Positions 1-53,818 of a stretch of DNA of 64,000 nucleotides are shown here, piece by piece (positions within the stretch are counted from its first letter, which is position 1; each line of letters starts with the position of its first letter). Made by a program: the position numbers and the translations under genes. Origin of the DNA: Chrysomallon squamiferum (lineage: Eukaryota > Animalia > Mollusca); the NCBI GenBank assembly GCA_012295275.1, contig CM022669.1:16492001-16556000 (forward strand). The letters run 5' to 3'. The notes below the pieces were generated by a model. The model did no database searches and was not told the DNA's origin. It worked only from the letters and a program-made list of their open reading frames with translations.

Positions 1-305
1 ATAAAATTAATAAAATAACAGATTTCTGCTCCACATTTCTTTTCTGATATAACAAGAATCGTTGTCATTCTCTCGGTTTTGGCACTAATTATATGACCTG
101 GTACCATGCGTTCTATTTATAAAGATACTAAATATATTCGAACCTATGTCTGTCAGAGAGAATCATAATAAAGTGATATAGTATATCATAATATAGTGAT
201 TATAATAAAGTGTAAAAGCATATAAAACTGTTCAAATGAGGGAAACATCGAGGTGTGCAAAGGGAGGAAATTGCCACAGAAGAAAATGTCTGAATAAACG
301 CTTAC

Positions 306-384
306 CACAATCTCTCCATGTAAAATGTGTTATTGCTGCATCTAAAGGCCCGAAAGCCACACACAAAGCAAACAACAACAACAT
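306..384 (-). CDS. First coding exon of a secreted ML-domain lipid-binding protein (GM2-activator/NPC2-like); gene continues beyond the left edge
   Basis: aaacATG at 384 gives MLLLFALCVAFGPLDAAITHFTWRDC-G: a signal peptide, then F-x-W-x-D-C-G as at the mature N-terminus of GM2A/NPC2-family proteins. Strong donor TG|GTAAGC at 305 (phase 1); acceptor ttttttacag at 401. Family call rests on a short motif only. Confidence 0.6.
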
Positions 385-878
385 GTTTTGTTTTGTGGTT
401 CTGTAAAAAAGACAAAAGTACTTCAGCTTTAAATAGTATATGCAGTATTATCAGTGTGAGAACCAACGAGTCTGTTACGTAACATGCACAGACACAATCG
501 TTTTAATTTTTATCTGGTTATGAAGTGAAGAACCGTACCTGGTGTTCGACTGATTATTTAAATAATTTTATTTTAAAAATATATATATTTTTTTTTTTTC
601 ATTCAATTTAGAAGATACATATTTTTGGTTTGTATCATTTTAAGGAAATTAAATTACAATTTAGATACATCTGGACGAAGTCATTTTATCTTGCTGTAAA
701 ATAAATAAACTGTACGTATTTTTATTTTATTTTTTGTTTTAAATGTTTAAAATATTTTAGTTTTTTGTTAATTTTCTTTCATTACAGTTTTTTCTTTTTA
801 TTATTATAATTATTCTGTAATATTACTATTGAAGGAATTATAATTTAAACAAACTTAAACACTTTCATTTTATTTATC

Positions 879-930
<52 letters not shown>

Positions 931-1179
931 CATTAACACAATGTGTTGTTTTCAATGTTTTTGTTTCAGTCTGCTGAAACTCCGTACCTATTATTCAACT
1001 GATTTTAATTTTGTTCTTATTATTTTTATTTAATAATTGATTAATCCATTTTCTGTCTTATCTGTTATGATGTTAATGAAATTAAACTATAACTTCAATG
1101 ACCTGAAATAAAACAAATCTTAGAAATATCTCAACAGTAATTTTAATGTATAATATTTATAAATATTTACACATGAAAA

Positions 1180-1385
1180 GAAACCCACTGTTGCCACTAA
1201 GTTGGCTAATCTTATCACTGAACTGACCTGCACTTTTCCAGACAGAGCAAAACACATACCACAGTCTGATAAAACCATTACAGGACATTAACTTGAATGA
1301 GAAAAAGCACAGTAAGTTTCTTTCAGGAGTGAAGTTCCCGTGAACAGTTATGATTCACCCTAGTGCACTTACCACAGGTCCAGCA
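1180..1385 (-). mobile_element. Decayed tRNA-derived SINE
   Basis: Blocks gaaacccactgttgccact, cacttttccagacag...cataccac, gagaaaaagc and ttaccac are reverse-complementary to parts of the copy at 20860..21070 and match my recollection of a gastropod SINE consensus; not database-verified. Confidence 0.5.
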
Positions 1386-2748
1386 TTATTAAGCTTTAAT
1401 GAACAAAAAAAAAAATGTCTGGGGAAAAAAAGAATCAGTAAAAATATATCTGCAGTTTATCTGGGTCATTACAGTTAAAAGTTGCAAATGTTACAAAATT
1501 TAAATTAAATCTTCAATATTCTGTTCCGTTCTGAAGTTTATAACAAGCTATCTCAGTAGAGAAGTAATTTAACGACTTTTTTTTTTAATGTATTAACAGT
1601 TTTTTATTTATGTTATTGTGGTTGAGTATTTATGCTGAATTTTGGAAAAGTCTGCAGACAAATCTAATAAAAAACTAGTATCTGTCAATGCACGTTGATT
1701 TTAGTGATTGTAGAACAAAAATATTGAAAACAACACATCATCTTAATAATAATAATAAATAGATAAAAATGTTCTGCTAAGTAACTTATCTGTACTGATA
1801 CTATAGAAATAACACAGTACAACACAATAATAGTAACTGTAATAATAAACAAATAAAACACTAAATAATAATAATAAAAACAGAACACATTAAACCCAAC
1901 CGTCATTATTGTTTATTTTTATACAAAATATAGTCACTCTTCATATATAACCAAAATGGAATATACAATGTACACCTATTTCAAAGTTATCACATTTGCA
2001 TGCAATAAAAACAATATGATTATGTCTTTATTTGATGTCATTAAATCTTTTTGGAGATCATATATATATATATACATCGATACATATGCAATAAAAAATA
2101 TATATATAAAAACTCCAAAGTACTAAATACAGAAATATTATTATTATTATACAGGTAACAATTTGAGTTTGAACAATTTAGTTGCACTTGAAAAAAAAAA
2201 GAAGATAATGGCCACAGATAATACTCTATTTTTATCCATGGTGTTACCATTATTTTTTATTATTTTTTATTTTTTATTTTTATTTTTTTTTGAAATTTAC
2301 TTGATAAAGAAAAGAAAAAAATATATTGGGGGGGTATTTTGAACAAAGTGTCAAATGTTGAAGTGTTGTATGTGATACAAAATTTAAAATAAAAATGAAA
2401 CTGGTTGCATTTAGACGTTTTGATACATTAGGATAATATTAGATTTGAATATATTCTCTTGATACAGTTAAAAAAAAAAAAAATGATTTTTTTTTCTTGT
2501 TAATTCTTCAATGCAATCAATGCTGAATAATAATTATTTTGGGGTACTGGTTTGATAGATGAATTAGCTGCACTTATCATCAATAAAAGGTTTCAATACA
2601 AGACATTAAATATATTTTATGTTTGATAATTGTCACCCAAGAAAGTAAAATATGTAATTTTTCATTCATTTTTAAGACAGATAACGTAACGAGAATTAAT
2701 TTGGCAACACACTACACACACTTTCTCAAGTGTTCATAAAAAATGATG

Positions 2749-2789
<41 letters not shown>

Positions 2790-3549
2790 AATAAACACAA
2801 AGAAAGCAACTAAAAAAGTTAACCATGTAAGGATTATGGGTACATAATTCTAAACAGGAGATCTGTAAATATATCAGTAATACGTTGTTTTCTCTTTCAC
2901 CAGGAATATAAACGTACTATTTACTTTATTTACTTTATTTATTTATTTCTTTACTTAACCCAAAGGTTTAAGTATTCTACGTGCTTCCTCCTTTATGGTC
3001 CATATAAAACAGACAGCATCTGTTAAATCTTACAGATGGCATGACAACCTGTTAAATAGAAACTAATTATCATTTATGCCAACCTGACATCTGCAATTAA
3101 TGGTAGCCACAGCAACCTTTTTGTAATAATTATTATTTTTGTTTAACTTGACAAACTATTATTCAATATCCCTAATGCATTCATCACACCTGTTTCCACA
3201 TCATATACAAATCAGCTGTGATTCCCTGACTGCAAGTAGGGAAGAACAGAACACAGATAACTTGTAGTCCTGTTTTGTTTTTAGTTTACATTTAAGGCAA
3301 ATAGTAGTAAACAATTAGCTGTTTACTGTACTTGTACATAAAGTGAAAAATAAGAAGATAATAATAATATACACTGCTAGCATTTATGGGTTACATCAAA
3401 TAAAACATGTGCTCTTTGCCTCACGTACACTCGCAAGCATATACGTACTTACTCTTGCAGTACATGTTTGATTTTTAGAGAAAAACCAACAAGGGTAAAT
3501 ATAAATAAAAAATTGGCAAAGGTGAATGGACATGACAGATATATATAAA

Positions 3550-3585
<36 letters not shown>

Positions 3586-3854
3586 CATAATAATAATAAA
3601 TTAAAATAATAAACAAAAATTCCCAAACATTAACAGAAGATCATTAAAACAAAATAAGTTTCAGCGAAATGCTGTCGTTAGAAATATTGTTAGTAAAAAA
3701 AAACACACAGTTACAAATTAACAGAAAATAAAACATTCAAGTTATCTCCCTTGAACTACTCATTCACTTCAAATCCAAAATTTTTGAAACATCTACCAGT
3801 TTATGCACTTCATAAAATAAGTAAGTAAATAAATAAATAAATGAAAAATTAAAA

Positions 3855-3905
<51 letters not shown>

Positions 3906-4338
3906 TTTACACAGATGTTTTCTTCAGGTTGATTTAGAAATAAACTTGTATAAATTAAATTACTTATAAGAACATAATTCAAATATTCTCATTCATTTTG
4001 TTGGTTTTTCTTATATTTCTAAACATGTTTTAAGATATGCAAATCCATTACATATATGTATTCTGATATTTTATGATAATAAATTCCAGATATGGAATGT
4101 GAAATAATAATAATAATAATAATAATTATAATAATAATAATAATAATAATACATTCTATGACCTTTGTCAGTTATCACACTTAAATAAAAAAAAAATAAA
4201 AAAAGAAAGAACATAAATAATACCCATAAACACACATCAAAAACCCTCTACAAATTCATGGATGGTAAAACATTATTATTATTATTATTATTGTCATTAT
4301 CATTATTATTATTATTGTCATTATCATTATTATTATTA

Positions 4339-4397
<59 letters not shown>

Positions 4398-4513
4398 TAT
4401 AATTAGTAATTTAAAACAAAAAAAATACATTTTACACCATTGATTTTTGTGCCATAAAATTGTAAATTATTCATGATGTCACAGGATTTCTGTTATATAA
4501 AATACTACTGGTG

Positions 4514-4556
<43 letters not shown>

Positions 4557-4625
4557 CATTTACATACAAGTAAATATAAATTATATTTAATAAAGAGACA
4601 TTTGGTGCCATATATAATTTAAAAA

Positions 4626-4667
<42 letters not shown>

Positions 4668-5219
4668 TATAATAAATATAATTATAATAATAATAATTAT
4701 AAAATTAAGAAAAAAACATCCCAAAAAATCAAAGATATGTCTATTCAAATGGAAACCAAGGCTTAATATTTACAGTAAAATAAATTGTATATATATATAT
4801 ATATCTATCACTAGTTCAGGTGTTTTGGCATTAACAAGTGAATGACATATAACTGTAAATATACAGACACACACACTATTCATCTTAGTTTATATATAAT
4901 TATATACAAAGTACCATAATGGCCCACAACACTGCCAGATCAGTAACTAATTTCCAAGTTACCTGCACAGTAAAGTAACATATACAGGCAAAATCGAGGT
5001 TGCTCCTTAATAACTTTCAAAAATTAAGAACTACAGTGTTATCTTTAGTCTTGTTGGTTATATTATAATATATGAATCTTTCTGTTTTAATCACTTAAAT
5101 TTTTACATTAGAATAATAAAAAAAATAATAATAAAAATAAAGACTGCAGTGGTTTCACATGCTTTCAACAGCCTAATTAATAAATACCAAGACAATTTAT
5201 TAAATAAATTTCACAAAGC

Positions 5220-5447
5220 TTGGGTCTTGTTAAGGACTGACAGTTCATTATAGCGGTACTGATAAATGACAAGATGATAATTAGACAAACAAATTTTTAC
5301 TTGGCTTGTATTTGAAAATGGGTCTTTTTAAGTATTGACAATGCATTATAGTGATATTGATAAATGACAGGATGATAATTAGACAAACACATTTTTACTT
5401 GGCTTGTATTTGAAAATGGGTCTTTTTAAGTATTGACAATTCATTAC
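5220..5447. repeat. Tandem duplication, 98-bp unit, about 2.3 copies
   Basis: tttttacttggcttgtatttgaaaatgggtctttttaagtattgacaat is present twice, about 98 bp apart, with a partial third copy. Confidence 0.9.
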
Positions 5448-5932
5448 CAATATAACAGTACGAGATAGGTTATTAGTCACAGACCAGCAGTGTATTGAGT
5501 CATCAGGGCATACATATGTTATGTGTATTAACAAATCATTTGATTATTACTGTTACCGGATTGTTAACTGAATCACCAAGTAGAGATAACAATTAAGTAG
5601 AAGTAAACCACTATTTGCACTTACATGATTCGTGCAGTTTTTCAGGTTTTTAACAGCTGGGTTATCACATATAGTTTGGTAAATAATTAACAGAGCGATA
5701 GTTTGTAATATGTAATTTTAAGTGTAGTTGTGACAGAATGAAAAATAAAATGTCTCTATACTTCAAGACGATGGCTTTGTTACTGTTGTCCAGGCTTTGC
5801 TAATAATTAAGTATTACAACAATAAAGTTCATCTGTATACTTTGTTATTAGTAAAACCACTGTTAGAAATAATTTTTCTGTGCACAAGACAGGTTTTGTA
5901 ATCAAACTGATATGATCAGAAAATGCAAACTA

Positions 5933-5971
<39 letters not shown>

Positions 5972-6169
5972 CAAAATAATAAGAAACAGTAATTGCCAAA
6001 AATATAATAATATTAAAAAATCAAATAAACAAAATCAGGAATTAATAAGCAAAAAAATAAATGTTTTTTTAAAACTGATATGACTTAATATATTCTCTGT
6101 TTTAGTTCATGTAATGGTGAGGAAATGTAAGTTTTTAATCTATAAACTGAAGTATAACTTAAACAAAAA

Positions 6170-6239
<70 letters not shown>

Positions 6240-7413
6240 TAAAATAAATAAATAAACAAAACAACTAAGATTCGCGCCAAGCCTTGCTCCAATAAAACTA
6301 AACTGTACAATTTACAGTTTAAATAATAAACATTTCATTTTCAATGTAAAATAATTTTAGGTAGATATCAAGTTTTGTATTAATTAATAAAAATATCAAT
6401 AGTTTTTCTACTATATACATACATGAGCAACCCAATCATGTAAATATATTTCATACTGAGATAAGAAAACACATTAATATTGCTATACTGACAAAAAAAG
6501 AAAAAAAAAAGATTTTAATTTTTATAAAATTAAAATAACTTAAGCAGATACATATAAATTACAATTAGAATTAAAACTAAAGTCTACACCCAATTAATTT
6601 CATTGTTACTAATTTTCTAATTTTTTTTATTTTTCCGTTTTTTTTAAAAATATTTTTTTTTTTTTTTTTTTTTTTATTCATAGTTTTTGATTATATTATT
6701 ACCCTGGCTGTCACTTTCTGTATCTAGAACATTAATGAGCAAGCAATGGAAAAAAATCAAAAAATAAAATCCCCAAAACAAACCTTCTGCTGGGAAAACA
6801 GTTAACTCTGGGACAGACACATTTGATTGTGTTTTATATTCTAAATTATTCAGGGTTTTAACAGACAAAATTATTATATATTTATAATCTAACTAAGCTA
6901 CAAAGGTTTCACAGGGATACTAATAATTAAAAAGTAAATAAGAAAGATGAAAAAGCTATTGTGCAAAATTATTATTTTCTCAGTATGTCTTTATATTTAC
7001 ATACATTTTTATATATATATATATATATGTATATATTTATTTATTTATAATATGCAAGACATTTGTTGAGCATAAATTAATGGGCACTTCATTATTAATT
7101 TGTAATTTATAGCTATACTGCATCAAGTAGAATTTAAATAATTTCATGCAAATGTTTTTTTCTAGAGGAAAAAATTAACAAAAAATAATTAGAAGAACTT
7201 AAGAAATGAATGTTAGGATATGAAAGATAGATTCAAGCATCGATGTAGGTGTGTACGTATGTATGTATGAGGTAAAATATAATGAAAATGCTTTGGTACA
7301 ATAACATTGTTTTAACAAAACATTTTTCAACCAATGATTTTTTTTTCCCCCCATTTATCTGGTTTGCTAGTATTATTTTGCTTTATTATTATCAGGTTAT
7401 TAAAATAAGAAAG

Positions 7414-7445
<32 letters not shown>

Positions 7446-7997
7446 ATATTACTCGTTATCAGCATTCATTTTGATTTAAAAAACTGTCATAATTATTAGC
7501 TGAAATGACGTGGAGGGAAAAAAAGAAAATCATTTTCTTTAAAAAATATTAACACAATTAAAAAATATTTGTGTGTACATGAATAAAAAAAGAAAATTGT
7601 AAATGTATGAAATTAATGAAAATCTGTAAAAAGTTTAATAAAGGAAACAGAAAAAGCAATTAATGACCAATTTAATTAAATGTTTTGCGAATTCACTACT
7701 ATTTAAATGTTCAATTGTTCTTTTTTTTTTTTTCTTTTTTTTTTATCACACTTTTTAAAACTTTATCCTCCACAAAGAGGAAAAAAAAAAATAATAAAAG
7801 AAGAAGAATGTTACTGAATTTAAAAACCTAACTATCTGATATTTAAAAACTTTCAATAAAAAAAAAAAAAAAAAAAAAAAAAATTATACCTGACAAAATA
7901 CTTTCAAAAAAAAATAATAATAATAATAATGCTAAAGAAAATAATTCAAAAAAAAAAAAATAATAATAATAATAATACTAAAAATTAATTACAAATC

Positions 7998-47683
<39,686 letters not shown>

Positions 47684-48515
47684 ATGGATAGGAATTGATA
47701 AAACACGCTAAATGTAACGCATTAAACAAATATACAACACGGCTGAACAGTCACAGTTGATTACCGAGATTGGAGTAAAATAAAAATTTCACGTTTGTCC
47801 AGAACTGTCACTTCCAATGACTGAATGAGTGAATGACAGTGTTGTCAAGTGAGTAAGGCTAAATTCGATTGTTTAACTCAGTTATCGGGTTAACACGTCA
47901 GAAATACCACAAGTGTTTGTTCAGAAACGATAATATGTATTGTAACTGGTTAAAATGACAAAAGAAGTACAAGGAGCGGTTTAAAACTTCAGTAACGATA
48001 CCACGTCTAACTCCAACCCGGAACCCGACTTGACTGTTTCTAAAACGGAAGTTGTCGTCATATAATCAGGAAAAGATAACTCTTTTCATTTTTTTTTTTT
48101 TTTTTTTTTTTTTAATAGTTAACCCTTCCATAGAATCCCTCCAAAGTCATGGGTAAAATATAATAATAATAATTATTATTATTATCATTTTTATTATTAT
48201 TATTATTATTATGATTATATATAAATTTTATAAATTACCAAATATTTTATTTTCTAGTAAATCTTAACAGATTATAATAATCCTTATTTTTTTAAACTAA
48301 AAATATAAGTTAATGTATTCATTTTCTTAAAATAAATAAATAAATAAATAAATAAAAGAAACGAACAGAGGTAAGCAAAACTGCACTCGTGATTATCTTT
48401 TAACTGAATATTATATTCAATATAGCGTACAAATTCGTGAAAGTGACACTGACAGTCCTTTTTCGCAATAATATTCAGATTATAGCCAGAATTTACACTT
48501 GTTGGTATAAAAATA

Positions 48516-48564
<49 letters not shown>

Positions 48565-48691
48565 TTCGAATGAAACATAATTTGCCATTACAAGTGTTTG
48601 GATATCTAACAGTAAAGTGTTAAGATTTAATATTCCATCATTCAGAGTATGCTCCCTTGACGGATTTCCTTTTCCGTCATCTGCTAGTACT
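47684..48691. promoter_or_regulatory. Divergent (putative bidirectional) promoter region, convertase/KGD4
   Basis: 1008 bp between opposing ATGs; CpG density higher than the flanks; ETS-type CGGAAGT at 48046..48052 and CCGGAA near 48018; pyrimidine-rich initiator-like tttccttttccg before the KGD4 ATG. Confidence 0.6.
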
Positions 48692-48718
48692 ATGGCAGCG
48701 GCATCAAGGGTGCTGAGG
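48692..48718 (+). CDS. MRPS36: KGD4 exon 1
   Basis: actATGG; MAAASRVLR|GTAATT. Confidence 0.88.
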
Positions 48719-49447
48719 GTAATTTCTCAACTATACTGTTTTAAGTTTGACCACTGACATTTATTGGCTAAATCAGATGGGTGCTTTTTGCTAGGCATAC
48801 TGTTTTTGTTTCACAAAGTCCGTTTCTGTTTTCATATTTAATAGGTGGTCTCGAACTCGAGCTCTTTGAGAAATGTAAATTTGACTTTCAAACTCGACTG
48901 TATATATCAGTACATGACAGTCTAAAAAGAATCATAGCAGAAATAATGTGACGTTAATCTGGTTATTTTATTGCTAATCTAAATATATTTGAATACTTTG
49001 AGCTTCCACAGAAAATGCATTACTAACTTCAAATCACATTACATTTTGTATTTGTTGCACCTCATGACCCTGAAATTATGGAATTTAAGAATATATATAT
49101 ATATACAAAACAGTAATTAATAAAAATCTGTGTGTATATTGATGTTATAAGTTTATATGAACTGCAATTTTATGCCATCAGTTAATAAAGAATTACAGTA
49201 GTATCTAATGAGAAATCTATGATCCAGAACATTCACTTTTTTTAGAAAATTAATTATAGTAATTATTTAAATTTACAGACTACATTAATGTTATAATGAA
49301 TAAATATTTGGAATTAATATTTCCTATTTCTAAATATAGTGCATGGTTTTCTTATATTATTTGGAATTTAGCATCATATTTTATTCTTTGACCTTGAGAG
49401 CTATTTCTGCGAAGTTTCTAATCTTAAATATTTAAATACTACTACTA

Positions 49448-49520
<73 letters not shown>

Positions 49521-50348
49521 ATCTATCTCTCGAATTTAATATAGATAAGTAATTTATACTCTGTATAACTAAATTATTTCTGTTATTTAATTTCAGTCTG
49601 TGAAGCCCCACATTCCTTTGATACGATTTCATGCACGTCAAAAGAATGGTAAAGGTATAAAATGTATTCAAGTATGTTCAGGAATAGTAAGTTCAAGCAA
49701 TACAGATTTGAAATTTAAAGAATTTATTTAGTATTTCTATTTTATTTTATTAAATTTTGTGCGGGTTTTGTTGTTTTTTGTGGGATTTGTGGTGATTTTT
49801 TTTTGTGTTTGTTATAATATTTATATATATATATATCTGAATATCAAACATTATTGGAATAAATTGCATGTAGGAAAATCAGATTATTTAATTTTATATA
49901 TATATATGTACTGAGTTTTTTTTCTTTTTTCTTTTTTACAGATCTATATTTAGATTATTTGTATTAACACATATGTATATATATTATTTGTAGATGCATC
50001 CAATTTACCCCAGTCAGTAGCAGTGGGACAGACACCAACAACATCTAAGACTGTTGGAAATGTAGAAAAAGGCTCAGGTATAGACTTCTTTGAATTACCA
50101 ATGCGATACCAAAGAAAGCCTTTATCTCAAGAAGAAATAGAATTTATTGAGGTTTGTATGAAGAAAGTACTAATATATTATTACTTGTTCATAAATACAG
50201 ACATGAATTAATGTTTGTTTTTAACAACAAAGAAATATATTTTAACATCAGTGCTTGTTATGTGTATGTGTATGTTGATATGTTTGCACGGGTATAATTA
50301 TATATTTTTTCTTATGTCTGCACATGTGTACTTGTGTGTGAGTGTGTG

Positions 50349-50406
<58 letters not shown>

Positions 50407-51001
50407 ATGTTTATGTATTATTCGTTTTTATAATAGTAATATATCAGTTAGCAGTTATAATCTTTTGAACAAAGCTACAAATAGTAATGATAGATAGGAA
50501 AGCCCATACTACAGGTTGGAATGAGAAAAACAATAAGGAAATTATATAGGCAACTTTTTAAGGCAGTGCTTCAAAGTTTTACACTTAAATTTTTATTTAT
50601 TATTCTTTATTTGTTATTTTTGTTGGGGATTTTTTGGCAGCAGGAGACAAGTTTATCAAACAAATATAGATGAAAATGTCTCTTAAACTTTTTGCATCCA
50701 ATATAACAAGGACAAGAAATAAATTTTGCTTATACTTTGCATGTGTATCTGAAGAAAAGTCTGTTTACTTGGATTTTCACATGCTAAGCTTCAACAAATC
50801 GGAGTATAATTTTCATTTTAAAGATTAATGGACTAGAATACAAGTATTTGACAAGTTTATCAACTCTTTATTTTATTAAATTTTAGTTTTTGGGGAGCAT
50901 TAAATTTTATTTTGTGTTTGTTTTTCTAAATGTGTATGCCATTTAATTTATTAATTTATCTTTTTTTTTTTTTTTTTTTTCAGAGAGGAGGTCCAGATTA
51001 G
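48692..51001 (+). CDS. MRPS36: KGD4/MRPS36, alpha-ketoglutarate dehydrogenase component 4; 4 exons, 84-86 aa
   Basis: Exons 48692-48718, 49597-49648 (or 49654), 49994-50151, 50984-51001 give MAAASRVLRSVKPHIPLIRF...LPMRYQRKPLSQEEIEFIERGGPD*. VKPHxPLIRF and LPxRYxRKxxSQEEIEFIxRGGP are the family signatures. Confidence 0.94.
49451..49517. repeat. (CT)n microsatellite
   Basis: Direct reading. Confidence 0.97.
49597..49648 (+). CDS. MRPS36: KGD4 exon 2
   Basis: tttcag|SVKPHIPLIRFHARQKN-G|GTAAAG; second donor 6 nt downstream. Confidence 0.88.
49994..50151 (+). CDS. MRPS36: KGD4 exon 3
   Basis: ttgtag|(D)ASNLPQSVAVGQTPTTSK...ELPMRYQRKPLSQEEIEFIE|GTTTGT. Confidence 0.93.
50984..51001 (+). CDS. MRPS36: KGD4 exon 4 (RGGPD*)
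   Basis: poly-T cag|AGA GGA GGT CCA GAT TAG. Confidence 0.93.
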   Translation, partial: RGGPD

Positions 51002-53621
51002 CATTAACCACAACAAAGTCAAATCATGTTGTCTTAAATTATTAAAATCAACGTCCGTGATATATTTTACTGTACATTATGAAATAGTCAATCAGTTAAT
51101 TATTTGGAGTGAATTTCAGTTGTCCATAATAATCTCATTTTGCAAATCATGATTCATGAATTCTTAGTCTAGATATGTAATTTTTTTTTTATTATTAAAA
51201 ATCAATTTTACTGTTACTGTAAATGAACATGTCTGAGGTCACATTTCTTATTAAAATATTTTTTTTGTTTTGGCAGTTAATTGTATATGATTCATTGTAT
51301 GTTGTAAGTGTAAATCAAAAACTTTTGACCGAAATGACATGATCAGAGTATATTGTATTTATCAACTTCAAAACCATACAGCTCTTTTGGCAATCATTTT
51401 AAAGTGATATTCTGATAAAACAAGATTAGTACTAATTTTCCTACAGTTATATGTATATAGGACATTTTATTTAAAATAAACTGGATATTTATTTTGTATT
51501 GAGAGCATCTATAAAGCAAACTAAATTGCAAAGACTGCAAATGTCCTGTCATCCCAGTCATTTATTCATTTATCTTTTCTTTTTCTTTTTTTTAAATTTA
51601 CTTTTATTTCTATACATATATATTTTTGTGTAGTGTTATATGTATATATGATCAATAACTCCCTCTCCTAATATTTATAAATCCATCTTCCATAGTAAAC
51701 AAGTGTATTATATGAAGTATCTTTTTCAAAATTACATTTAAATTTATCTGACTCACTGCACTGGAATGCTGTTTTATTTTTCATCAAAAGATTCTAGCAT
51801 AATCTGTCTGTGAAGCTTCATCACTTTGTGTTCCCTCTTTATACAAAATACTTAAATGTTCCAGTTATTCACAACTGGATTTAATTATATTTTACTGTCA
51901 GTTATTCAGTTCACAGATGTTATCTATCAAACTTTAGTAGAGTTAATATTTTTGAATGCGTGTGTCTGGTTACTTCAAAATACAGTATTTTCTCACAGCA
52001 TGAAAATAACACATCATCAATGGCCCTTTAACATGCAGATCTGCATCTTTCAAAATATACTGCAATTGTCATTTTTACTTAGGTTCAGTTGGTGTAAAAT
52101 AAAATATTATTATGATGGATGATATTATATAATAGTGTTATATTAAATGGATTACTTTTATTGTTTTTGAAAGACATAAAATTTTTATCTTTTATACTGC
52201 ATTTTGTTACCTTGTATGAACTTTGGTAATATTATATACGTGTATTGCTTTTATAATAAACAAACATTTTGTTTCTTTTACATATTTTACTAAAATCTAT
52301 AAAAAAAAATTATCCTGCGTTCTGCGTTCATTATGCTGTGTGTATTTCAAAGGGCCGTTACTCTGTATATCCATGCAAAAATATAGATCTTATCATGTTA
52401 TTTTACTTGTAATGAAATCAGTTCTCTGTAATAATTTTCTTTTTATATACACATACACAGAGGGAATATTGCTATTGGATAGTTAAAAAAGATGATATTT
52501 TACCACAGAACACTTGAAATTTTAAATAAAACTGATGAATATATGCCAGAGTTAACTTGTGTTGAAAAAGCATCGATATAATTGTACTGGATTAAGAAGC
52601 AAACATTATTAAACTGTTGTAAATAGTTCTGTTCAGTTGTTTTGTCTCTGAAAATTAAAAATTGTAAGAATAATAAAATAAATATTTTGTCTTCCACAAG
52701 TTTGTGTAATTCAATGCTGTTCCAGAAATCTTTTTCATTAATATTTCCTGAAACAAACATTTAAAGTGATATGAAAATAACATAATGCTACTAATAAAAA
52801 ATGGATAAAACAAACAACAGTTTATTCCGAAGCTTGGATGATAACAAACTACAAAATACAACAATGAAATGCAATTAGCACTATTTAGTAGGCGTTTACT
52901 AACAACAGTACATAAATGTGTCACTTGCCTGCTAGAGACGTCAGCAGGGAAAAACTTATCAGTCAAAATGAAAAATCCAGAGTGATTATATATTTAAATC
53001 TATTTTTTCACCTGCCTATTGTCAATTTTTCATTACCAGTTTTAAAATAATAATTATAATAAATTACTTGTATATTTATATTTATATATATTTAAATTGT
53101 CCTACCTAATGATTTTTATTTTTCATTAAAAATGGCCCAGACAAGCACAAAAAAAAATCACAAATCTGTCGCTGATTGATACTAATATTAAATAAAGTAA
53201 TCATGTCAGTAGGTGTTCAGTGATTCATAATTAATTAAAACTTTGCTTTCCACTTTCATCAGAATATGAAATTTGTAAGAATAATTAGTTGTTTTCGTAT
53301 TCAAGGAACAAAAAAAAAAAATTTGAAAACAAACTTTCGTTCATTGAGTTCTTGGCTTTTTAACAAAGTCAATACCTGAATAGATGTAGTTTTAAAATTA
53401 AAGGAAGGCAGCATTTTTCTGTTACAGAAATAAAATATAACACTAACAGAACATTCTTTGTTATTGTTGTTATTCTGGACAGATACTGAAGTATTGTTTC
53501 TGCTTTTCTGTTATAGAAATAATCCCCAAATACAACACCATCAGGAGATATAAATATTACACACATCATTATAATATACTTTTATAATTTCAGTTCAGTG
53601 ATGTAAGTTCTTAATGTTTCT

Positions 53622-53818
<197 letters not shown>

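Noticed and set aside
50999-51007. Stop-codon read-through at TAG-C in KGD4 (likewise ENL)
   Set aside because: The KGD4 frame closes again after one codon; there is no evidence for a conserved extension.
52157-52260. Overlapping convergent 3' ends of KGD4 and ENL/AF9 (opposed AATAAA at 52157 and 52255)
   Set aside because: AATAAA is too frequent here to assign; closer ATTAAA signals exist for KGD4, and the ENL end cannot be placed without RNA data.
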